Under the pieces are notes generated by a model. That model saw nothing but the letters and a program-made list of their open reading frames with translations. It was not told the DNA's origin and made no database searches. From a virus (lineage: Duplodnaviria > Heunggongvirae > Uroviricota > Caudoviricetes), in the IMG/VR virus record IMGVR_UViG_2711768002_000001: DNA of 7,847 nucleotides. One strand, 5' to 3'. Within the stretch, counting starts at the first letter, position 1, and the number at the start of each line of letters is the position of its first letter. Positions 7,246-7,847 of the stretch are shown piece by piece. The translations under genes were made by a program, and so were the position numbers.

Positions 7246-7739
7246 TGCTGCCCCCACAAACAGACTTCACGCTCAATCTCACGACGGGTCATCAGCCCTT
7301 TCCATTGCTTACCGCCAGCATATGTCCAGCGACATAGCTGGTCACATGCGCCTTTGATATAGCCCTGGTTTATTTTGCGAAGAAGCGTCGATGTTCTGAA
7401 ATTGCCAGCGCCCACGTTGTAAACGAACGAGTAAAGAGCGCCGCGCGTTGTTTCCGGTATATCGACTTTGATGTACGGGTTAATTTGTCTGGCGACAGTG
7501 GCAAGGTCTTTATTCAGGAGAGCTTTGCATTCTGCTTCGGTATACGTTTTACCAGGCATGATGTCTTTTCCGGTGTGTCCGTGACATACAGTCCATACAC
7601 CAATGATATCTTTGTATAGTATGTAGCTGACACCTTCCAGACCATCGTTACCACCTGGGCCAGTGATTAACACAGATGCTATAGCAACAGCCCCGCCACC
7701 AATAGCAACTGCAACAGCCTTGCGTAATGATGGCGACAT
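7242..7739 (-). CDS. SAR (signal-anchor-release) endolysin, T4-lysozyme-like muramidase; phage 21 R-like
   Basis: ATG at 7739..7737 with a GAGAGGTGA Shine-Dalgarno; TGA at 7244..7242. The N-terminus has a Gly/Ala-rich weakly hydrophobic SAR segment ([23 protein letters not shown]). This is followed by a catalytic E-x8-D-x5-T arrangement ([16 protein letters not shown]). It is 165 aa and followed by Rz/Rz1. Confidence 0.9.
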   Translation of the reverse strand: MSPSLRKAVAVAIGGGAVAIASVLITGPGGNDGLEGVSYILYKDIIGVWTVCHGHTGKDIMPGKTYTEAECKALLNKDLATVARQINPYIKVDIPETTRGALYSFVYNVGAGNFRTSTLLRKINQGYIKGACDQLCRWTYAGGKQWKGLMTRREIEREVCLWGQQ

Positions 7740-7793
7740 TATTCACCTCTCGCAGCCTTACTAGACTGGCCCCCTGAATCTCCAGACAACCAG

Positions 7794-7813
7794 TATCACT
7801 TAAATAAGTGATA
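7794..7813. promoter_or_regulatory. 20-bp palindrome TATCACTTA-AA-TAAGTGATA (9-bp perfect arms), operator-like
   Basis: Arms verified as exact reverse complements. The half-site begins TATCAC, as in lambdoid repressor operator half-sites. It lies about 55 bp upstream of the endolysin start in a region with no ORF. Confidence 0.3.
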
Positions 7814-7847
7814 GTCTTAATACTAGTTTTTAGACTAGTCATTGGAG

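Noticed and set aside
7648-7842. 64-aa minus-strand ORF upstream of and overlapping the endolysin start, considered as a possible holin
   Set aside because: It has no hydrophobic TM segments (Cys/Trp-rich, polar), overlaps the endolysin by about 90 nt out of frame, and has no RBS; it is not holin-like.
1-7847. tRNA, rRNA, CRISPR repeats or IS/transposon terminal inverted repeats
   Set aside because: No spaced direct-repeat array, no cloverleaf-like tRNA candidate and no transposase-like ORF were recognised; essentially all sequence is accounted for by phage late genes. A formal tRNA or CRISPR scan was not possible.

Overview
This 7,847-bp window reads as the late region (lysis, DNA packaging, head morphogenesis) of a lambdoid prophage of the Enterobacteriaceae type. 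Nearly every gene is on the minus strand and tightly packed. In minus-strand order: SAR-type endolysin (7739..7242), an embedded Rz/Rz1 spanin pair, an AT-rich membrane-protein moron on the opposite strand (6249..6758, DedA/YqaA-like), terminase small subunit, terminase large subunit, portal, a Mu gpF / SPP1 gp7-like head morphogenesis protein, an acidic scaffold-like protein, and a small head protein. The most striking observation is that the portal frame is continuous from an ATG at 3933 to the stop at 2467 except for two in-frame TAG codons (3759..3757 and 3558..3556), so the only intact portal ORF is the 360-codon 3' segment. This suggests a nonsense-inactivated (cryptic) prophage, a suppressor-dependent amber mutant, or a sequence error. 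I found no convincing novel multi-gene system; the moron and the palindrome-rich region upstream of the endolysin are the other places worth a second look. No rRNA, tRNA, CRISPR array or IS element was recognised. No homology search could be run: family names come from motif recognition and gene order, and all coordinates were checked by hand-translating the junctions.
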